Positions 46,890 through 59,086 of a stretch of DNA of 64,000 nucleotides are shown in pieces. The stretch lies in NCBI GenBank assembly GCA_017936745.1, contig JAGBEY010000001.1, forward strand, positions 5,111 through 69,110, given 5' to 3'. The position numbers and the translations under genes are program-made. Each line of letters starts with the position of its first letter. Position 1 is the first letter of the stretch. The notes beneath the pieces are model-generated. The model did not search any database. It was not told where the DNA came from and was given only the letters and a program-made list of their open reading frames with translations. This DNA is from Clostridia bacterium. GTDB lineage: Bacteria > Bacillota > Clostridia > UMGS1840.

Positions 46890-47723
46890 ATGGCAGTAAA
46901 AACTTATAAACCGACTACACCGTCAAGAAGATATATGACCGCACCTGACTTCTCTGTGTTGTCTGATGTAAAACCTGAAAAATCTCTTCTTGTTAAACTG
47001 AAAAAACACGCCGGCAGAAACTCCTACGGTAGAATCACCGTAAGACACAGAGGCGGCGGAAACAAATCCAAATACAGAATTATCGATTTCAAAAGAGACA
47101 AAATGGATATGCCTGCAACTGTTCTGACTCTGGAATACGATCCGAACAGAACCGCATATATCGCTTTGGTTCAGTATGAAGACGGTGAAAAGAGATATAT
47201 CTTAGCTCCCAACGAACTGAAGGTTGGTCACAAAGTTATCTCTTCTGCAACTGCAGATATCAAACCCGGTAACACTCTGCCTCTGGCAAATATTCCGGTT
47301 GGTACTATCATCCACAATGTGGAAATCACCAAGAACAAAGGCGGTCAGCTGGTTCGTTCTGCAGGAAATGCAGCTCAGCTGATGGCAAAAGAAGGTGACT
47401 ACGCTCAGGTAAGACTTCCCTCCGGCGAAGTTAGAAAAGTTCTGATTGATTGTAAAGCTACTATCGGTCAGGTAAGTAACTTAGAGCATGAAAACGTTAC
47501 CATCGGTAAAGCTGGTAGAACAAGACATATGGGTATCAAACCTACCGTTCGTGGTGTTGTTATGAACCCCTGCGACCATCCCCATGGTGGTGGTGAAGGT
47601 AAATCTCCCATCGGTCGTCCGGCTCCTGTTACTCCTTGGGGTAAACCGGCTCTGGGCTTAAAAACCAGAAAGAAAAAGAAAATCACTAACCGCCTGATCG
47701 TAAAGACCAGAAACGGTAAATAA
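46890..47723 (+). CDS. rplB: 50S ribosomal protein L2
   Basis: The product begins [14 protein letters not shown] and contains HPHGGGEG. Confidence 0.95.
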   Translation: MAVKTYKPTTPSRRYMTAPDFSVLSDVKPEKSLLVKLKKHAGRNSYGRITVRHRGGGNKSKYRIIDFKRDKMDMPATVLTLEYDPNRTAYIALVQYEDGEKRYILAPNELKVGHKVISSATADIKPGNTLPLANIPVGTIIHNVEITKNKGGQLVRSAGNAAQLMAKEGDYAQVRLPSGEVRKVLIDCKATIGQVSNLEHENVTIGKAGRTRHMGIKPTVRGVVMNPCDHPHGGGEGKSPIGRPAPVTPWGKPALGLKTRKKKKITNRLIVKTRNGK

Positions 47724-47817
47724 TCATCGACAAACACCGTAATGCGGCAAGCTGCCGTGTGCGGTTCCCCGATAAAACGCACAGCTTGTGCGAAAAAATC
47801 TATAAGGAGGCAAAAAT

Positions 47818-48090
47818 ATGAGCCGTTCAATCAAAAAAGGGCCTTTCGTAGACCCCAAACTTTTGAAAAGAATTGAAGAAATGAATGACAAAGGCGAAAA
47901 AAGAGTTTTAAAGTCCTGGTCCAGATCTTCTACTATTTTCCCGCAGTTCGTTGGACATACCATCGCATTATATGACGGTAGAAAACACGTTCCCGTATAT
48001 GTAACCGAAGATATGGTTGGTCACAAACTGGGCGAATTTGCTCCTACCAGAACCTACAAAGGTCACGCAGGTGCAAAAACTTCAAAATAA
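47818..48090 (+). CDS. rpsS: 30S ribosomal protein S19
   Basis: The product begins [12 protein letters not shown] and contains GHKLGEF. Confidence 0.95.
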   Translation: MSRSIKKGPFVDPKLLKRIEEMNDKGEKRVLKSWSRSSTIFPQFVGHTIALYDGRKHVPVYVTEDMVGHKLGEFAPTRTYKGHAGAKTSK

Positions 48091-48163
48091 TCGGGCATCA
48101 GAAATTCCCGTATCATTAGTTTAAATATTAGAACCACCTAAGGGTGAAAGAGGAGGAATAAAG

Positions 48164-48499
48164 ATGGAGGCAAAAGCAACTCTCCGTTATGCTAGAATAT
48201 CTCCCCGCAAGGTAAAGATAGTGATTGACTTAATCAGAAACAAACCCGTTGGTCAGGCTTTGGCTATTTTAAGACACACTCCCAAAGCTGCATCTCCGCT
48301 GGTTGAAAAACTGTTGCTGTCTGCTATCGCAAATGCGGAAAACAATCATAATATGGCAAAAGATGACCTGTATGTTTCCGAATGTTTCGCGAACTGCGGT
48401 CCCATTCTGAAAAGAATTCAGCCCAGAGCACAGGGTAGAGCGTTCAGAATCAACAAAAGAACCAGCCATATTACCGTGGTTGTAAAAGAAAAAGAGTAG
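48164..48499 (+). CDS. rplV: 50S ribosomal protein L22
   Basis: The product contains [16 protein letters not shown] and the gene order fits. Confidence 0.95.
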   Translation: MEAKATLRYARISPRKVKIVIDLIRNKPVGQALAILRHTPKAASPLVEKLLLSAIANAENNHNMAKDDLYVSECFANCGPILKRIQPRAQGRAFRINKRTSHITVVVKEKE

Positions 48500-48511
48500 G
48501 AGGTATAAGTA

Positions 48512-49189
48512 ATGGGTCAGAAAGTTAATCCCCATGGATTAAGAGTCGGCGTTATTAAAGATTGGGACTCCAAATGGTATGCTCCGGATCACAAATTCGG
48601 CGATACTTTGGTAGAAGACCACAAAATCAGAGTTTTCCTGAAAAAATCTCTGTATCAGGCCGGCATTTCCAAAATTGAAATTGCAAGAAAAGCAAACAAA
48701 ATTTTTGTTAAAGTTTTCACTGCAAAACCGGGTATGTTAATCGGTAAAGGCGGTGCAGAATTAGAAAAAATCAGAGCTTCTGTTGTAAACTTACTGGGCG
48801 GAAACGCAAATGTTAACGTTAACATTGTTGAAGTAAAACCCGCTGAAATGGATGCAACTTTAGTAGCTGAAAACATCGCAGCTCAGCTGGAAAAACGTAT
48901 TTCCTTCAGAAGAGCGATGAAACAGTCTATGCAGAGAACTATGAAGTTCGGTGCAAAAGGTATCAAAACTTCCGTTTCAGGCCGTGTTGGCGGTGCTGAA
49001 ATTGCAAGAACTGAGCATTATCACGAAGGAACCATTCCGCTGCAGACCTTAAGAGCAGATATCGACTATGGCTTTGCAGAAGCGAATACCACCTACGGTA
49101 AATTAGGCGTTAAAGTATGGATTTACAAAGGTGAAGTTCTTCCTGAAAGTAAAAATGCGAGAAAAAATACTCAAGAGGGAGGAAAATAA
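48512..49189 (+). CDS. rpsC: 30S ribosomal protein S3
   Basis: The product begins [13 protein letters not shown] and has a KH domain. Confidence 0.95.
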   Translation: MGQKVNPHGLRVGVIKDWDSKWYAPDHKFGDTLVEDHKIRVFLKKSLYQAGISKIEIARKANKIFVKVFTAKPGMLIGKGGAELEKIRASVVNLLGGNANVNVNIVEVKPAEMDATLVAENIAAQLEKRISFRRAMKQSMQRTMKFGAKGIKTSVSGRVGGAEIARTEHYHEGTIPLQTLRADIDYGFAEANTTYGKLGVKVWIYKGEVLPESKNARKNTQEGGK

Positions 49190-49192
49190 GCT

Positions 49193-49630
49193 ATGTTAAT
49201 GCCTAAAAGAGTAAAAAGAAGAAAACAATTCAGAGGCAGAATGACCGGTAAAGCTTTAAGAGGTAATAAAGTAACTTACGGCGATTACGGTATTCAGGCT
49301 ACCGAACCCGGCTGGATCACCGGTAACCAGATCGAAGCTGCCCGTATTGCAATCAACCGTTACATCAAAAGAGGCGGTAAAGTTTGGATTAAAATTTTCC
49401 CCGATAAACCCGTAACTGAAAAACCTGCTGAAACTCGTATGGGTAGTGGTAAAGGTTCTCCCGAATACTGGGTAGCAGTTGTAAAACCGGGCAGAGTATT
49501 ATTCGAACTTTCCGGTGTTGACGAAGTAACTGCCAGAGAAGCTATGAGACTTGCGCAGCACAAACTGTCTGTTAAGACCAAGTTTGTTCTCCGCGAAAAA
49601 GAAGTGGAGGTAGAAAGCGATGAAGATTAA
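49193..49630 (+). CDS. rplP: 50S ribosomal protein L16
   Basis: The product begins [15 protein letters not shown]. Confidence 0.95.
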   Translation: MLMPKRVKRRKQFRGRMTGKALRGNKVTYGDYGIQATEPGWITGNQIEAARIAINRYIKRGGKVWIKIFPDKPVTEKPAETRMGSGKGSPEYWVAVVKPGRVLFELSGVDEVTAREAMRLAQHKLSVKTKFVLREKEVEVESDED

Positions 49631-49820
49631 GAATATTAGAGAATTAGCAGATATGGAGCTTAATCAGAAACTCGCTGAGCTGAAAATTGAGCTTTTTAAC
49701 TTAAGATTTCAACATGCCACCAATCAACTTGATAACCCCATGAGAATGAAAGAAGTTAAAAAAACAATTGCGAAAATTAAGACCGTATTAAAAGAAAGAG
49801 AACTGGGAATTAACGAATAA
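49620..49820 (+). CDS. rpmC: 50S ribosomal protein L29
   Basis: The product contains [17 protein letters not shown]. It overlaps rplP by 11 nt. Confidence 0.95.
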   Translation: MKIKNIRELADMELNQKLAELKIELFNLRFQHATNQLDNPMRMKEVKKTIAKIKTVLKERELGINE

Positions 49821-49890
49821 TTTCCCGTGAGGTTTAGAATCGCTTTTCCCGGTTTTATCCGGCGAGAGGCGGAAATGGAGGAACTAAATC

Positions 49891-50148
49891 ATGTCCGAAA
49901 GAGGCTTTAGAAAAGTTAGAATCGGCGAAGTTGTAAGCAACAAAATGGATAAAACCATCGTTGTTAAGATTGAAGATTCTGTAAAGCATCCGATTTACAA
50001 AAAAATCATCAAAAGAACTATTAAGTTCAAAGCTCATGATGAAAACAACGAATGTAATATCGGCGACAGAGTTGAAATCATGGAAACCAGACCGTTGTCC
50101 AAAGACAAGAGATGGAGACTTACAAAAATCGTTGAAAAAGCAAAATAA
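49891..50148 (+). CDS. rpsQ: 30S ribosomal protein S17
   Basis: The product contains [13 protein letters not shown]...HDEN and the gene order fits. Confidence 0.95.
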   Translation: MSERGFRKVRIGEVVSNKMDKTIVVKIEDSVKHPIYKKIIKRTIKFKAHDENNECNIGDRVEIMETRPLSKDKRWRLTKIVEKAK

Positions 50149-50221
50149 GAATGTTTCTGCGGTAGCAATACCGTTAATAAAAACGCTTGCGACACTCGTC
50201 CGCAGGCAGAGGAGGATTACA

Positions 50222-50590
50222 ATGATTCAGCAAGAAAGCAGAATGAAAGTAGCTGATAATACCGGTGCAAAAGAATTACTGACCATCAGAGTTCTTGGCG
50301 GCTCCAAAAGAAGATATGCCAACATCGGTGATGTCGTTGTAGCTACTGTCAAAAAAGCAGCACCCGGCGGCGTTGTGAAAAAAGGTGATGTTGTAAAAGC
50401 TGTTATCGTTAGAAGCGTAAAAGGCGTTCGCCGTCAGGACGGAACCTACATCAAATTTGACGAAAATGCAGCTGTAATTATTAAAGATGACAAAAATCCG
50501 AGAGGAACTCGTATTTTTGGCCCTGTTGCAAGAGAGCTTCGTGACAAAGAATATTCCAAAATATTATCTTTGGCTCCTGAAGTATTGTAA
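50222..50590 (+). CDS. rplN: 50S ribosomal protein L14
   Basis: The product begins [17 protein letters not shown]. The ORF-track N-terminal extension overlaps rpsQ and is not credible. Confidence 0.95.
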   Translation: MIQQESRMKVADNTGAKELLTIRVLGGSKRRYANIGDVVVATVKKAAPGGVVKKGDVVKAVIVRSVKGVRRQDGTYIKFDENAAVIIKDDKNPRGTRIFGPVARELRDKEYSKILSLAPEVL

Positions 50591-50604
50591 GGGAGGTAAT
50601 AGAG

Positions 50605-50928
50605 ATGTATAAAAAAGTAAATGTAAAAAAAGATGACCAGGTTATGGTTATTTCCGGTAAAGACAAAGGCAAAAAGGGTAAAGTGCTGGTAGTGTCTCCG
50701 AAAGAAGGCAAAGTTATCGTGGAAGGCGTTAACATGGCTACCAAACACACCAAACCCAGAGCTCAGGGTCAGACCGGCGGTATCATCAAACAGGAAAGCC
50801 CCATCTACGCTTCCAAAGTTATGCTCATCTGCCCCAAATGCGGCAAAGCAGCAAGAACCGGTAAGAAAATCTTAGATGACGGCAACAAAGTAAGATACTG
50901 CAAAAAATGTCTGGAAACTTTAGACTAA
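50605..50928 (+). CDS. rplX: 50S ribosomal protein L24
   Basis: It has the KOW motif KKDDQVMVISGKDKGKKG and the gene order fits. Confidence 0.95.
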   Translation: MYKKVNVKKDDQVMVISGKDKGKKGKVLVVSPKEGKVIVEGVNMATKHTKPRAQGQTGGIIKQESPIYASKVMLICPKCGKAARTGKKILDDGNKVRYCKKCLETLD

Positions 50929-50951
50929 GAAAAGGGAGGTAAACTAAGATT

Positions 50952-51494
50952 ATGTCTAATTTAGGAAATTTATACAAAAACGAAGTTGCACCTGCCCTGA
51001 TGAGCAAATTCGGCTACAAATCTGTTATGCAGATTCCGAAAATTGACAAGGTAGTTGTTAACATCGGCGTTGGTGAAGCAAAAGACAACGCCAAAGCATT
51101 GGAAAGTGCTGCAGCAGATCTGACCTTAATCACCGGTCAGAAAGCAGTTCTGACCAAAGCAAAAAAATCCGTTTCTAACTTCAAATTGAGAGAAGGTATG
51201 AACATCGGATGTAAAGTTACCTTACGTGGCGAAAGAATGTATGAATTTATCGAAAGATTATTCTGCATCGCTCTCCCCCGTGTAAGAGACTTCAGAGGTA
51301 TTAGCGCAAACTCTTTTGACGGCCGCGGCAACTATGCTTTCGGTATCAAAGAACAGCTGATTTTCCCGGAAATCGAATATGATAAAGTTGAAAAAATCAG
51401 AGGTATGGACATTGCATTCGTTACCACTGCAAAAACTGACGAAGAAGCAAAAGAATTACTGACTCTGATGGGCGCACCCTTTATCAAAGCGTAA
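50952..51494 (+). CDS. rplE: 50S ribosomal protein L5
   Basis: The product contains NIGVGEA...RGMDI and the gene order fits. Confidence 0.95.
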   Translation: MSNLGNLYKNEVAPALMSKFGYKSVMQIPKIDKVVVNIGVGEAKDNAKALESAAADLTLITGQKAVLTKAKKSVSNFKLREGMNIGCKVTLRGERMYEFIERLFCIALPRVRDFRGISANSFDGRGNYAFGIKEQLIFPEIEYDKVEKIRGMDIAFVTTAKTDEEAKELLTLMGAPFIKA

Positions 51495-51552
51495 GATAAG
51501 ATTTCTGAATATTCCACAAACACAAGAGTAAAGTGAAAGGAAATGGAAACAA

Positions 51553-51738
51553 ATGGCTAAAAAATCTATGATTAATAAGCAGCAGAAACCCCAGAAGTTC
51601 AGCACCAGAGAATACAACAGATGCAAAATCTGCGGTAGACCTCATGCTTATCTTCGGAAATATGCTATCTGCCGTATTTGCTTCAGAGAACTGGCTTACA
51701 AAGGTCAGATTCCCGGTGTTAAAAAAGCAAGCTGGTAA
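51553..51738 (+). CDS. rpsZ: 30S ribosomal protein S14 type Z (zinc-binding)
   Basis: The 61-aa product contains [23 protein letters not shown] with two CxxC motifs. Confidence 0.95.
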   Translation: MAKKSMINKQQKPQKFSTREYNRCKICGRPHAYLRKYAICRICFRELAYKGQIPGVKKASW

Positions 51739-51882
51739 GATTGGTTTTTGCATAATCCCTGCCCGGTAGGGCATCGAAAACAGGGCTTTACAGGAAGCCC
51801 AAAGTAAAAAAATGAACAAGGTTTTAGGTAAGTCGTATCACCTCGGCGTGATAAACAATACCTTAAAAAAGGAGGCTATACA

Positions 51883-52281
51883 ATGCAGATCACAGATCCT
51901 ATTGCAGATATGCTTACAAGAATTAGAAATGCAGGTACAGCAAAACACGATACCGTGGACGTTCCCGCATCTAATATGAAAAAAGCAATCGCTGAAATTC
52001 TGTTAGAAGAAGGCTACATCAAGAATTTCCAGCTGATTGACAACAGCACTCAGGGCATCATCAGAATTACTCTGAAATATGGTGCAAACAAAACAAAAAC
52101 AATTAATGGTTTGAGAAGAATTTCTAAACCGGGTCTCAGAGTTTACGCAAAAAGCGAAGAACTGCCGAAAGTATTAAAAGGCCTGGGTATCGCATTGGTT
52201 TCTACTTCAAAAGGAATCATGACTGATAAAAAAGCAAGACAGGAAAATGTCGGCGGCGAAATTCTCGCTTATATTTGGTAA
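51883..52281 (+). CDS. rpsH: 30S ribosomal protein S8
   Basis: The product contains [13 protein letters not shown]. Confidence 0.95.
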   Translation: MQITDPIADMLTRIRNAGTAKHDTVDVPASNMKKAIAEILLEEGYIKNFQLIDNSTQGIIRITLKYGANKTKTINGLRRISKPGLRVYAKSEELPKVLKGLGIALVSTSKGIMTDKKARQENVGGEILAYIW

Positions 52282-52295
52282 TGGAGGGGTAGAAG

Positions 52296-52844
52296 ATGTC
52301 AAGAATTGGAAGAATGCCGATCTCCGTACCGAATGGAGTAACAGTAACAATCGGCGCTGAAAACTTAGTAACTGTAAAAGGTCCCTTAGGCACCTTAGAA
52401 CAGAAATTTAACAAGGACATGATTCTGGAGTTGGAAAACAACGAACTGACCGTAAAAAGACCCAGTGAAGAAAAATTATATAAATCACTGCACGGCTTAA
52501 CTCGTACAATCATTTCCAATATGATTACCGGTGTAACCAACGGATTTACCAAAGAACTGGAAATCAACGGTGTTGGTTACAGGGTTGCAAAACAGGGCAA
52601 CAAAATCGTGATGAACTTAGGTTTCTCCCATCAGGTAGAAATGGAAGAACGCGATGGTATCTCCCTGGATTGCCCCACCCCCAACAAAATCATCGTAAAA
52701 GGTCCCGACAAACAGAAGGTTGGACAGTTTGCTGCCAACATCCGTGAAAAAAGACCGCCTGAACCGTACAAAGGCAAAGGTATTAAATACGTTGATGAAG
52801 TTATTATCAGAAAAGAAGGTAAAACCGGCGCTAAGAAAAAATAA
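52296..52844 (+). CDS. rplF: 50S ribosomal protein L6
   Basis: The product begins MSRIGRMPI and contains KGKGI. Confidence 0.95.
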   Translation: MSRIGRMPISVPNGVTVTIGAENLVTVKGPLGTLEQKFNKDMILELENNELTVKRPSEEKLYKSLHGLTRTIISNMITGVTNGFTKELEINGVGYRVAKQGNKIVMNLGFSHQVEMEERDGISLDCPTPNKIIVKGPDKQKVGQFAANIREKRPPEPYKGKGIKYVDEVIIRKEGKTGAKKK

Positions 52845-52901
52845 TCTAAGGATTGTTTTCATTAGCTGTTTTATCAGATTGTATAAAGGAGTGAATAAAC
52901 A

Positions 52902-53264
52902 GTGGTTAAAAAGCAAAACAGTAATGTTGCCAGAATGAAAAGACATTACAGAATCAGAAATAATGTAAAAGGCACTGCACAAAAACCGAGATTGAATGTG
53001 TTTAGAAGCTTAAATCACATTTACGCTCAGATTATTGACGACGTTGCAGGTGTTACTTTAGTTTCCGCTTCTACTTTAAGCCCTGAATTTGGTAAAAATC
53101 CGGGTGGAAATATTGAAGCTGCGAAAAAAGTAGGTTTAATGGTTGCAGAAAAAGCAAAAGCCAAAGGTATCGAAGTTGTAGTATTCGACCGTGGCGGCTA
53201 TCTGTACCACGGAAGAGTTGCCGCTTTGGCTGAAGGTGCCAGAGAAGGCGGTCTGAAATTCTAA
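52902..53264 (+). CDS. rplR: 50S ribosomal protein L18
   Basis: It uses a GTG start. The product contains RKRHYRIR..., [16 protein letters not shown] and FDRGGY.YHGRV. Confidence 0.9.
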   Translation: MVKKQNSNVARMKRHYRIRNNVKGTAQKPRLNVFRSLNHIYAQIIDDVAGVTLVSASTLSPEFGKNPGGNIEAAKKVGLMVAEKAKAKGIEVVVFDRGGYLYHGRVAALAEGAREGGLKF

Positions 53265-53296
53265 TTACACTTTAGTGATAAGGAGGAAATGAAATC

Positions 53297-53803
53297 GTGA
53301 GTCAAACTAAAATTGATCCGGCTACACTGGACATTAAAGAAAAAGTTGTTGCCTTAAACAGAGTTGCTAAAGTTGTAAAAGGTGGTAGAACCTTCCGTTT
53401 CTCAGCTTTGGTAGTTGTAGGCGATGAAAACGGCAGAGTAGGCTGCGGTATGGGTAAAGCGGCTGAAATTCCGGATGCAATCAGAAAAGGTATTGAGGAT
53501 GCTAAGAAAAATATGGTGGAAATTCCGCTGTATAAAACTACAATTCCTCATGAAGTAATTGGTGAATTTGGTGCAGGCAGAGTTCTCTTAAAACCCGCTG
53601 CAGAAGGTACCGGTGTTATCGCCGGCGGTCCTGCCAGAGCGGTACTGGAATTAGCAGGTATCAGAGACATCAGAACCAAATGCTTAAGATCCAACAATCC
53701 CAGAAATGTAGTTTCTGCTACTATCGAAGGATTAAAGAGCTTAATGAGTTTGAAAGAAGTTGCTGATAAGAGAGGCAAAACTCCCGCAGAAATCGTAAAA
53801 TAA
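53297..53803 (+). CDS. rpsE: 30S ribosomal protein S5
   Basis: It uses a GTG start. The product contains [22 protein letters not shown]. Confidence 0.95.
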   Translation: MSQTKIDPATLDIKEKVVALNRVAKVVKGGRTFRFSALVVVGDENGRVGCGMGKAAEIPDAIRKGIEDAKKNMVEIPLYKTTIPHEVIGEFGAGRVLLKPAAEGTGVIAGGPARAVLELAGIRDIRTKCLRSNNPRNVVSATIEGLKSLMSLKEVADKRGKTPAEIVK

Positions 53804-53892
53804 GATTTCTCACACATCAGAAACGAACAAAGAAGAGTCTGAAGAAAGGAATTGTGCTTCTCGAAAGCGAGTCAAAGCACTTGGTGTTAAAC

Positions 53893-54072
53893 ATGGCTAA
53901 GTTAAAAGTAACTTTGAAAAAAAGCCTGATTGGCCGTCTTGACAGCCATATTAAGACTGCAAACGCATTAGGGCTTAAGAAAATCAGAGACGAAAAAATC
54001 CATAATGATACTCCTCAGATCAGAGGTATGGTAAAAAAAGTATCTTATCTGGTAGACTGTGAAGAAGTCTAA
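53893..54072 (+). CDS. rpmD: 50S ribosomal protein L30
   Basis: The product begins [15 protein letters not shown] and contains LGL.K. The start was moved to 53893. Confidence 0.9.
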   Translation: MAKLKVTLKKSLIGRLDSHIKTANALGLKKIRDEKIHNDTPQIRGMVKKVSYLVDCEEV

Positions 54073-54105
54073 TAATTAGTAAAATTCATTCGGAGGTGTA
54101 ATATT

Positions 54106-54546
54106 ATGAGATTAAACGAATTATCTCCGGCTCCGGGTTCCGTAAAAGAGCGTTACAGAAAAGGTAGAGGTCACGCTTCCGGTAACGGAAAACAAGCCGG
54201 CAAAGGCCACAAAGGTCAGAAAGCAAGATCCGGCGGCGGTGTAAGACCCGGCTTCGAAGGCGGTCAGATGCCGTTAGCAAGAAGACTCCCCAAAAGAGGC
54301 TTCCACAATATCTTTGCGAAAAACTATACCGAAATTCATCTTTCCGATTTAGAAAGATTTGAAAACGGAACTGAAGTTACTGCTGAACTCTTAAAAGAAA
54401 ACGGCGTAATTTCTAAAATCAATGACGGAATTGTTGTGTTAAACAGAGGAGATCTTACCAAAAAGCTGACAGTAAAAGCTGCAAGATTCTCAAAAGCTGC
54501 TGCTGAAAAAATTACTGCTTTAGGTGGAAAGACTGAGGTGATTTAA
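54106..54546 (+). CDS. rplO: 50S ribosomal protein L15
   Basis: The product begins [12 protein letters not shown] and contains RKGRG.ASGNGK..G.GHKGQ. Confidence 0.95.
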   Translation: MRLNELSPAPGSVKERYRKGRGHASGNGKQAGKGHKGQKARSGGGVRPGFEGGQMPLARRLPKRGFHNIFAKNYTEIHLSDLERFENGTEVTAELLKENGVISKINDGIVVLNRGDLTKKLTVKAARFSKAAAEKITALGGKTEVI

Positions 54547-54547
54547 T

Positions 54548-55804
<1,257 letters not shown>

Positions 55805-55827
55805 ATCATTTTATCCGGTGTAAGACA

Positions 55828-56466
55828 ATGATTTTAACACTTTTAGGAGCGCCTGGTGCCGGAAAAGGCACTATGGCAAGACAATTAGCAAAAAAATTAC
55901 AAATTCCTACTATCTCAACCGGAGCTTTGCTCCGGGATGAGATTGGAAGCGGCTCCATGCTCGGCAAGGAAATAGACGCTTTGATTTCAAATGGAAACTT
56001 TGTTTCTGATGAAACGATTATCTCCTTGCTGTTAAAGCGGTTGGAAGAGGCTGATTGCCAAAAAGGATACATTCTGGATGGCTTTCCCAGAAATGAGAGT
56101 CAGGCAGATCAGTTGTCCCAATTAGGCATCCTGTTGGATAAGGCGTTACTCTTAAGCATACCGGATGCGGAAATTATCGCACGGTTAGCAGGTCGCCGTG
56201 AATGTCCCAACTGCAGGGCAACCTATCACATTCAGTACAATCCTACCAAATTAGACGGTGTTTGTGATGAATGTGGCGGAGCATTACAAATCCGGGCAGA
56301 TGATACCCCGGAAATCATTAAAAAACGGTTGGAAATTTACCATAAGCAAACCGAACCTTTGATTCAGTATTTTCGTCAAAAAGGATTACTGGCGGTGGTT
56401 CAGAGTGAGCAGGGGGTAGATGACACCGTTGCAAGTGCATTAAAGACATTAGGTGTAACATTATGA
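55828..56466 (+). CDS. adk: adenylate kinase (zinc-lid type)
   Basis: It has the GAPGAGKGT P-loop and the lid cysteines CPNC...CDEC. Confidence 0.95.
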   Translation: MILTLLGAPGAGKGTMARQLAKKLQIPTISTGALLRDEIGSGSMLGKEIDALISNGNFVSDETIISLLLKRLEEADCQKGYILDGFPRNESQADQLSQLGILLDKALLLSIPDAEIIARLAGRRECPNCRATYHIQYNPTKLDGVCDECGGALQIRADDTPEIIKKRLEIYHKQTEPLIQYFRQKGLLAVVQSEQGVDDTVASALKTLGVTL

Positions 56467-57212
56467 TTTATATTAAAAATAAAGAAGAAATTGCACTTAT
56501 GAAAAAAGCCGGTCAGATTACGAAAGGGGCTTTGCAGAAAGCCATTGAGGCAGTCAGACCGGGAGTCAAAACCATTGAGCTGGATAGAATTGCAGAAGAA
56601 TTTATCCGAAAATGCAATGCAACTCCTTCGTTCTTCCGTTATAACGGATTCCCGATGCATATTTGTGTTTCGGTAAATGAGGAAGTAGTGCACGGCATTC
56701 CCGGAGAATATGTAATTCAGGAAGGCGACATTGTGAGTATTGACTGCGGCGCTTGTTATAAAGGATATCATGGCGACTGTGCAGACACTGCTTTCGCGGG
56801 TGCTGTTTCTGAGGAAGCAAGACGATTGGTGGAAGCCACCAAGGAAAGCTTCTTTCTCGGATTGAAACAGGCTGTGGCAGGAAACAGAGTCGGAGATATT
56901 TCAGAAACCATTCAGACATTCATTGAGGGAAAAGGTTATTCTATCGTTAGAGATTTGGAAGGGCACGGTATTGGTGCCAATTTACACGAAGGACCGTCAG
57001 TTCCAAATTTCGGAAGAGCTGGAAAAGGGTCTAAACTGATGCCGGGGATGACCATTGCCGTAGAGCCTATGGTGAACCTTGGAAAATATGATGTGTATCA
57101 GGATGCAACCGACAATTGGACGATTCGCACCTTGGACGGCAGTCTTTCGGCACATTACGAAAACACAATTCTTATCACCGACGGAGAACCCGTCATTTTA
57201 ACCACATTATAG
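56463..57212 (+). CDS. map: type I methionine aminopeptidase
   Basis: The pita-bread fold metal ligands are present (D..D..H..E..E pattern, GHGIG). It overlaps adk by 4 nt. Confidence 0.95.
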   Translation: MIYIKNKEEIALMKKAGQITKGALQKAIEAVRPGVKTIELDRIAEEFIRKCNATPSFFRYNGFPMHICVSVNEEVVHGIPGEYVIQEGDIVSIDCGACYKGYHGDCADTAFAGAVSEEARRLVEATKESFFLGLKQAVAGNRVGDISETIQTFIEGKGYSIVRDLEGHGIGANLHEGPSVPNFGRAGKGSKLMPGMTIAVEPMVNLGKYDVYQDATDNWTIRTLDGSLSAHYENTILITDGEPVILTTL

Positions 57213-57222
57213 GAGGGCAAGG

Positions 57223-57504
57223 ATGTTTCAGATAGCGGACTTGGTTGTTTCTGTAAGCGGAAGAGATAAGGAACGCGTTTTTATGGTGACGGAGATTTTG
57301 GATTCCAATTATGTTCTCATTGCCGATGGTGCATTGAGGAAGCTGGAGAAGCCGAAGAAAAAGAAGATAAAACATCTGAAGGAGACACAGTTTGTGTTAA
57401 ACGAACGAATCCTTTCAAAAATCAGTGAAGGTAAAAAATTAACCAATGCAGAGCTCAGGAAAGCGATCCGCTCTCTTTGGGATGCTGAATCAGAAGAAAA
57501 ATAG
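57223..57504 (+). CDS. KOW-domain small RNA-binding protein (conserved between map and infA in Clostridia)
   Basis: It has the KOW-like N-terminus FQIADLVVSVSGRDKERVFMV and a lysine-rich tail. Its position between map and infA is conserved. Confidence 0.7.
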   Translation: MFQIADLVVSVSGRDKERVFMVTEILDSNYVLIADGALRKLEKPKKKKIKHLKETQFVLNERILSKISEGKKLTNAELRKAIRSLWDAESEEK

Positions 57505-57525
57505 CTGCACGGAGGAAAAAAAGAA

Positions 57526-57744
57526 ATGCCGAAAGATGATGTACTTGAGTTAGAGGGAACCGTAATTGAAGCATTGCCCAATGCGATGTTTACGGTAGAG
57601 CTGGAAAACGGACATAAAATTCTAGCTCATATTTCAGGAAAATTAAGAATGCACTACATTAAAATTCTGCCGGGGGACAAAGTAACCTTGGAAATGTCAC
57701 CCTACGATTTAACCAGAGGCAGAATTGTGTGGAGAGCTAAATAA
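57526..57744 (+). CDS. infA: translation initiation factor IF-1
   Basis: The product contains [25 protein letters not shown]. Confidence 0.95.
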   Translation: MPKDDVLELEGTVIEALPNAMFTVELENGHKILAHISGKLRMHYIKILPGDKVTLEMSPYDLTRGRIVWRAK

Positions 57745-57760
57745 ATAGGAGGTAAATACT

Positions 57761-57874
57761 ATGAAAGTAAGACCGTCTGTAAAAAAAATCTGTGAAAAAT
57801 GCAAAGTTATCCGTAGAAAAGGCAACATTATGGTAATTTGCGAAAACCCCAAACACAAACAGAGACAGGGTTAA
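57761..57874 (+). CDS. rpmJ: 50S ribosomal protein L36
   Basis: This gene is absent from the ORF track because it is too short. I translated it by hand as [37 protein letters not shown], and an AGGAGG SD lies upstream. Confidence 0.9.
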   Translation: MKVRPSVKKICEKCKVIRRKGNIMVICENPKHKQRQG

Positions 57875-57950
57875 TCACAGCGAGACAGAAAATGTCTCAA
57901 CTATCAGCCCATACGGCAAAGGCAAGCTTTTTGTGAAAAAGGTGCGGCTG

Positions 57951-57977
57951 TACAGAGTTCCTCTGTATATCTTTTTT
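57951..57977 (+). terminator. terminator-like hairpin inside rpmJ-rpsM spacer (possible partial terminator/attenuator)
   Basis: TACAGAG-TTC-CTCTGTA is followed by TATCTTTTTT. Confidence 0.4.
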
Positions 57978-58136
57978 GCAAATCGTTTGTTGGATATAAA
58001 AAAGCAAGGATGCTTTTAGCAAGAAACGAGCCCTGACGGCTTCAGGGGGAAACGGTTTCACTAATCGTTTTCGCGGAGAATTTCCGCCCATTGAAACAGT
58101 AAATTAACACAAAAAAATCAGGAGGTGTAGATTCAA

Positions 58137-58505
58137 ATGGCAAGAATTGCTGGTATCGATTTACCCAGAGAAAAAAGAGTAGAAATCGGATTGACTTACA
58201 TCTACGGAATTGGTGTTTCCGCTTCCAGAAGAATTCTGAAAGAAACCGGCATCAATCCCGACACCAGAGTTAAGGATTTAACCGATGACGAAGTAGCAAA
58301 ATTAAGAGATAATATTGACAAAAACCATGTAGTTGAAGGTGATCTTCGCCGTGACGTTGCAATGGATATCAAACGTTTGATTGAAATTGGATGTTACAGA
58401 GGAACCAGACACAGAAAAGGTCTGCCTTGCAGAGGTCAGAGAACCAAAACCAATGCAAGAACCAGAAAAGGTCCCAGAAAAACTATGGCAAACAAAAAGA
58501 AATAA
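58137..58505 (+). CDS. rpsM: 30S ribosomal protein S13
   Basis: The product begins [15 protein letters not shown]. Confidence 0.95.
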   Translation: MARIAGIDLPREKRVEIGLTYIYGIGVSASRRILKETGINPDTRVKDLTDDEVAKLRDNIDKNHVVEGDLRRDVAMDIKRLIEIGCYRGTRHRKGLPCRGQRTKTNARTRKGPRKTMANKKK

Positions 58506-58609
58506 TCTTTTTGCATGGGTTTTTCCTACGGCTGGCAGGAGAGAGTTCCTGCTTCCCATAAGAATCGGAGTGTAGACATACACTTTAACGAAAGGAATGA
58601 GTGAATTAA

Positions 58610-59005
58610 ATGGCTAAAGCGGTTAAAAGAACAACCAGAAGAAGAAAAGAGAAAAAGCACATTGAGAAAGGTGCAGTTCATATCCAGTCTTCTTTCAACA
58701 ATACAATCGTAACCATCACTGATGTTGCAGGTAATGCACTTTCTTGGGCATCTGCAGGCGGTCTGGGCTTCAGAGGCTCCAGAAAAAATACTCCGTTTGC
58801 TGCACAGATGGCTGCTGAAACTGCTGCAAAAGCTGCTATGGAACATGGTCTGAAAACTGTTGAAGTTTTCGTAAAAGGTCCCGGTTCCGGTAGAGAAGCT
58901 GCAATCAGAGCATTACAGACTGCAGGTTTGGAAGTTACCATGATTAAAGATGTAACTCCCATTCCGCACAACGGTTGCAGACCTCCGAAGAGAAGAAGAG
59001 TATAA
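58610..59005 (+). CDS. rpsK: 30S ribosomal protein S11
   Basis: The product contains [17 protein letters not shown] and [13 protein letters not shown]. Confidence 0.95.
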   Translation: MAKAVKRTTRRRKEKKHIEKGAVHIQSSFNNTIVTITDVAGNALSWASAGGLGFRGSRKNTPFAAQMAAETAAKAAMEHGLKTVEVFVKGPGSGREAAIRALQTAGLEVTMIKDVTPIPHNGCRPPKRRRV

Positions 59006-59086
59006 TCTCTTTTGGAGAACATTATTATTTGAAATTATGGATTTTGGCGGATTACGCCAAAGAATAAAAGTGGAGGTGCAAAACTA

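Noticed and set aside
50036-50221. N-terminal extension of the rplN ORF (184 aa in the ORF track)
   Set aside because: The extension overlaps the 3' half of rpsQ in another frame. The conserved L14 N-terminus MIQQESR starts at 50222, after a GGAGGA SD.
52217-52567. Numerous 60-170-aa antisense ORFs inside ribosomal, aaRS and glycan genes (this one is an example)
   Set aside because: They are shadow ORFs opposite strongly supported conserved genes, without SD sequences or recognisable motifs.
53289-53300. Three-codon mini-ORF ATG-AAA-TCG-TGA whose stop overlaps the GTG start of rpsE
   Set aside because: It probably arises by chance from the SD-to-start spacing. Its only use was to rule out the ATG as the rpsE start, and I see no evidence that it is a regulatory uORF.
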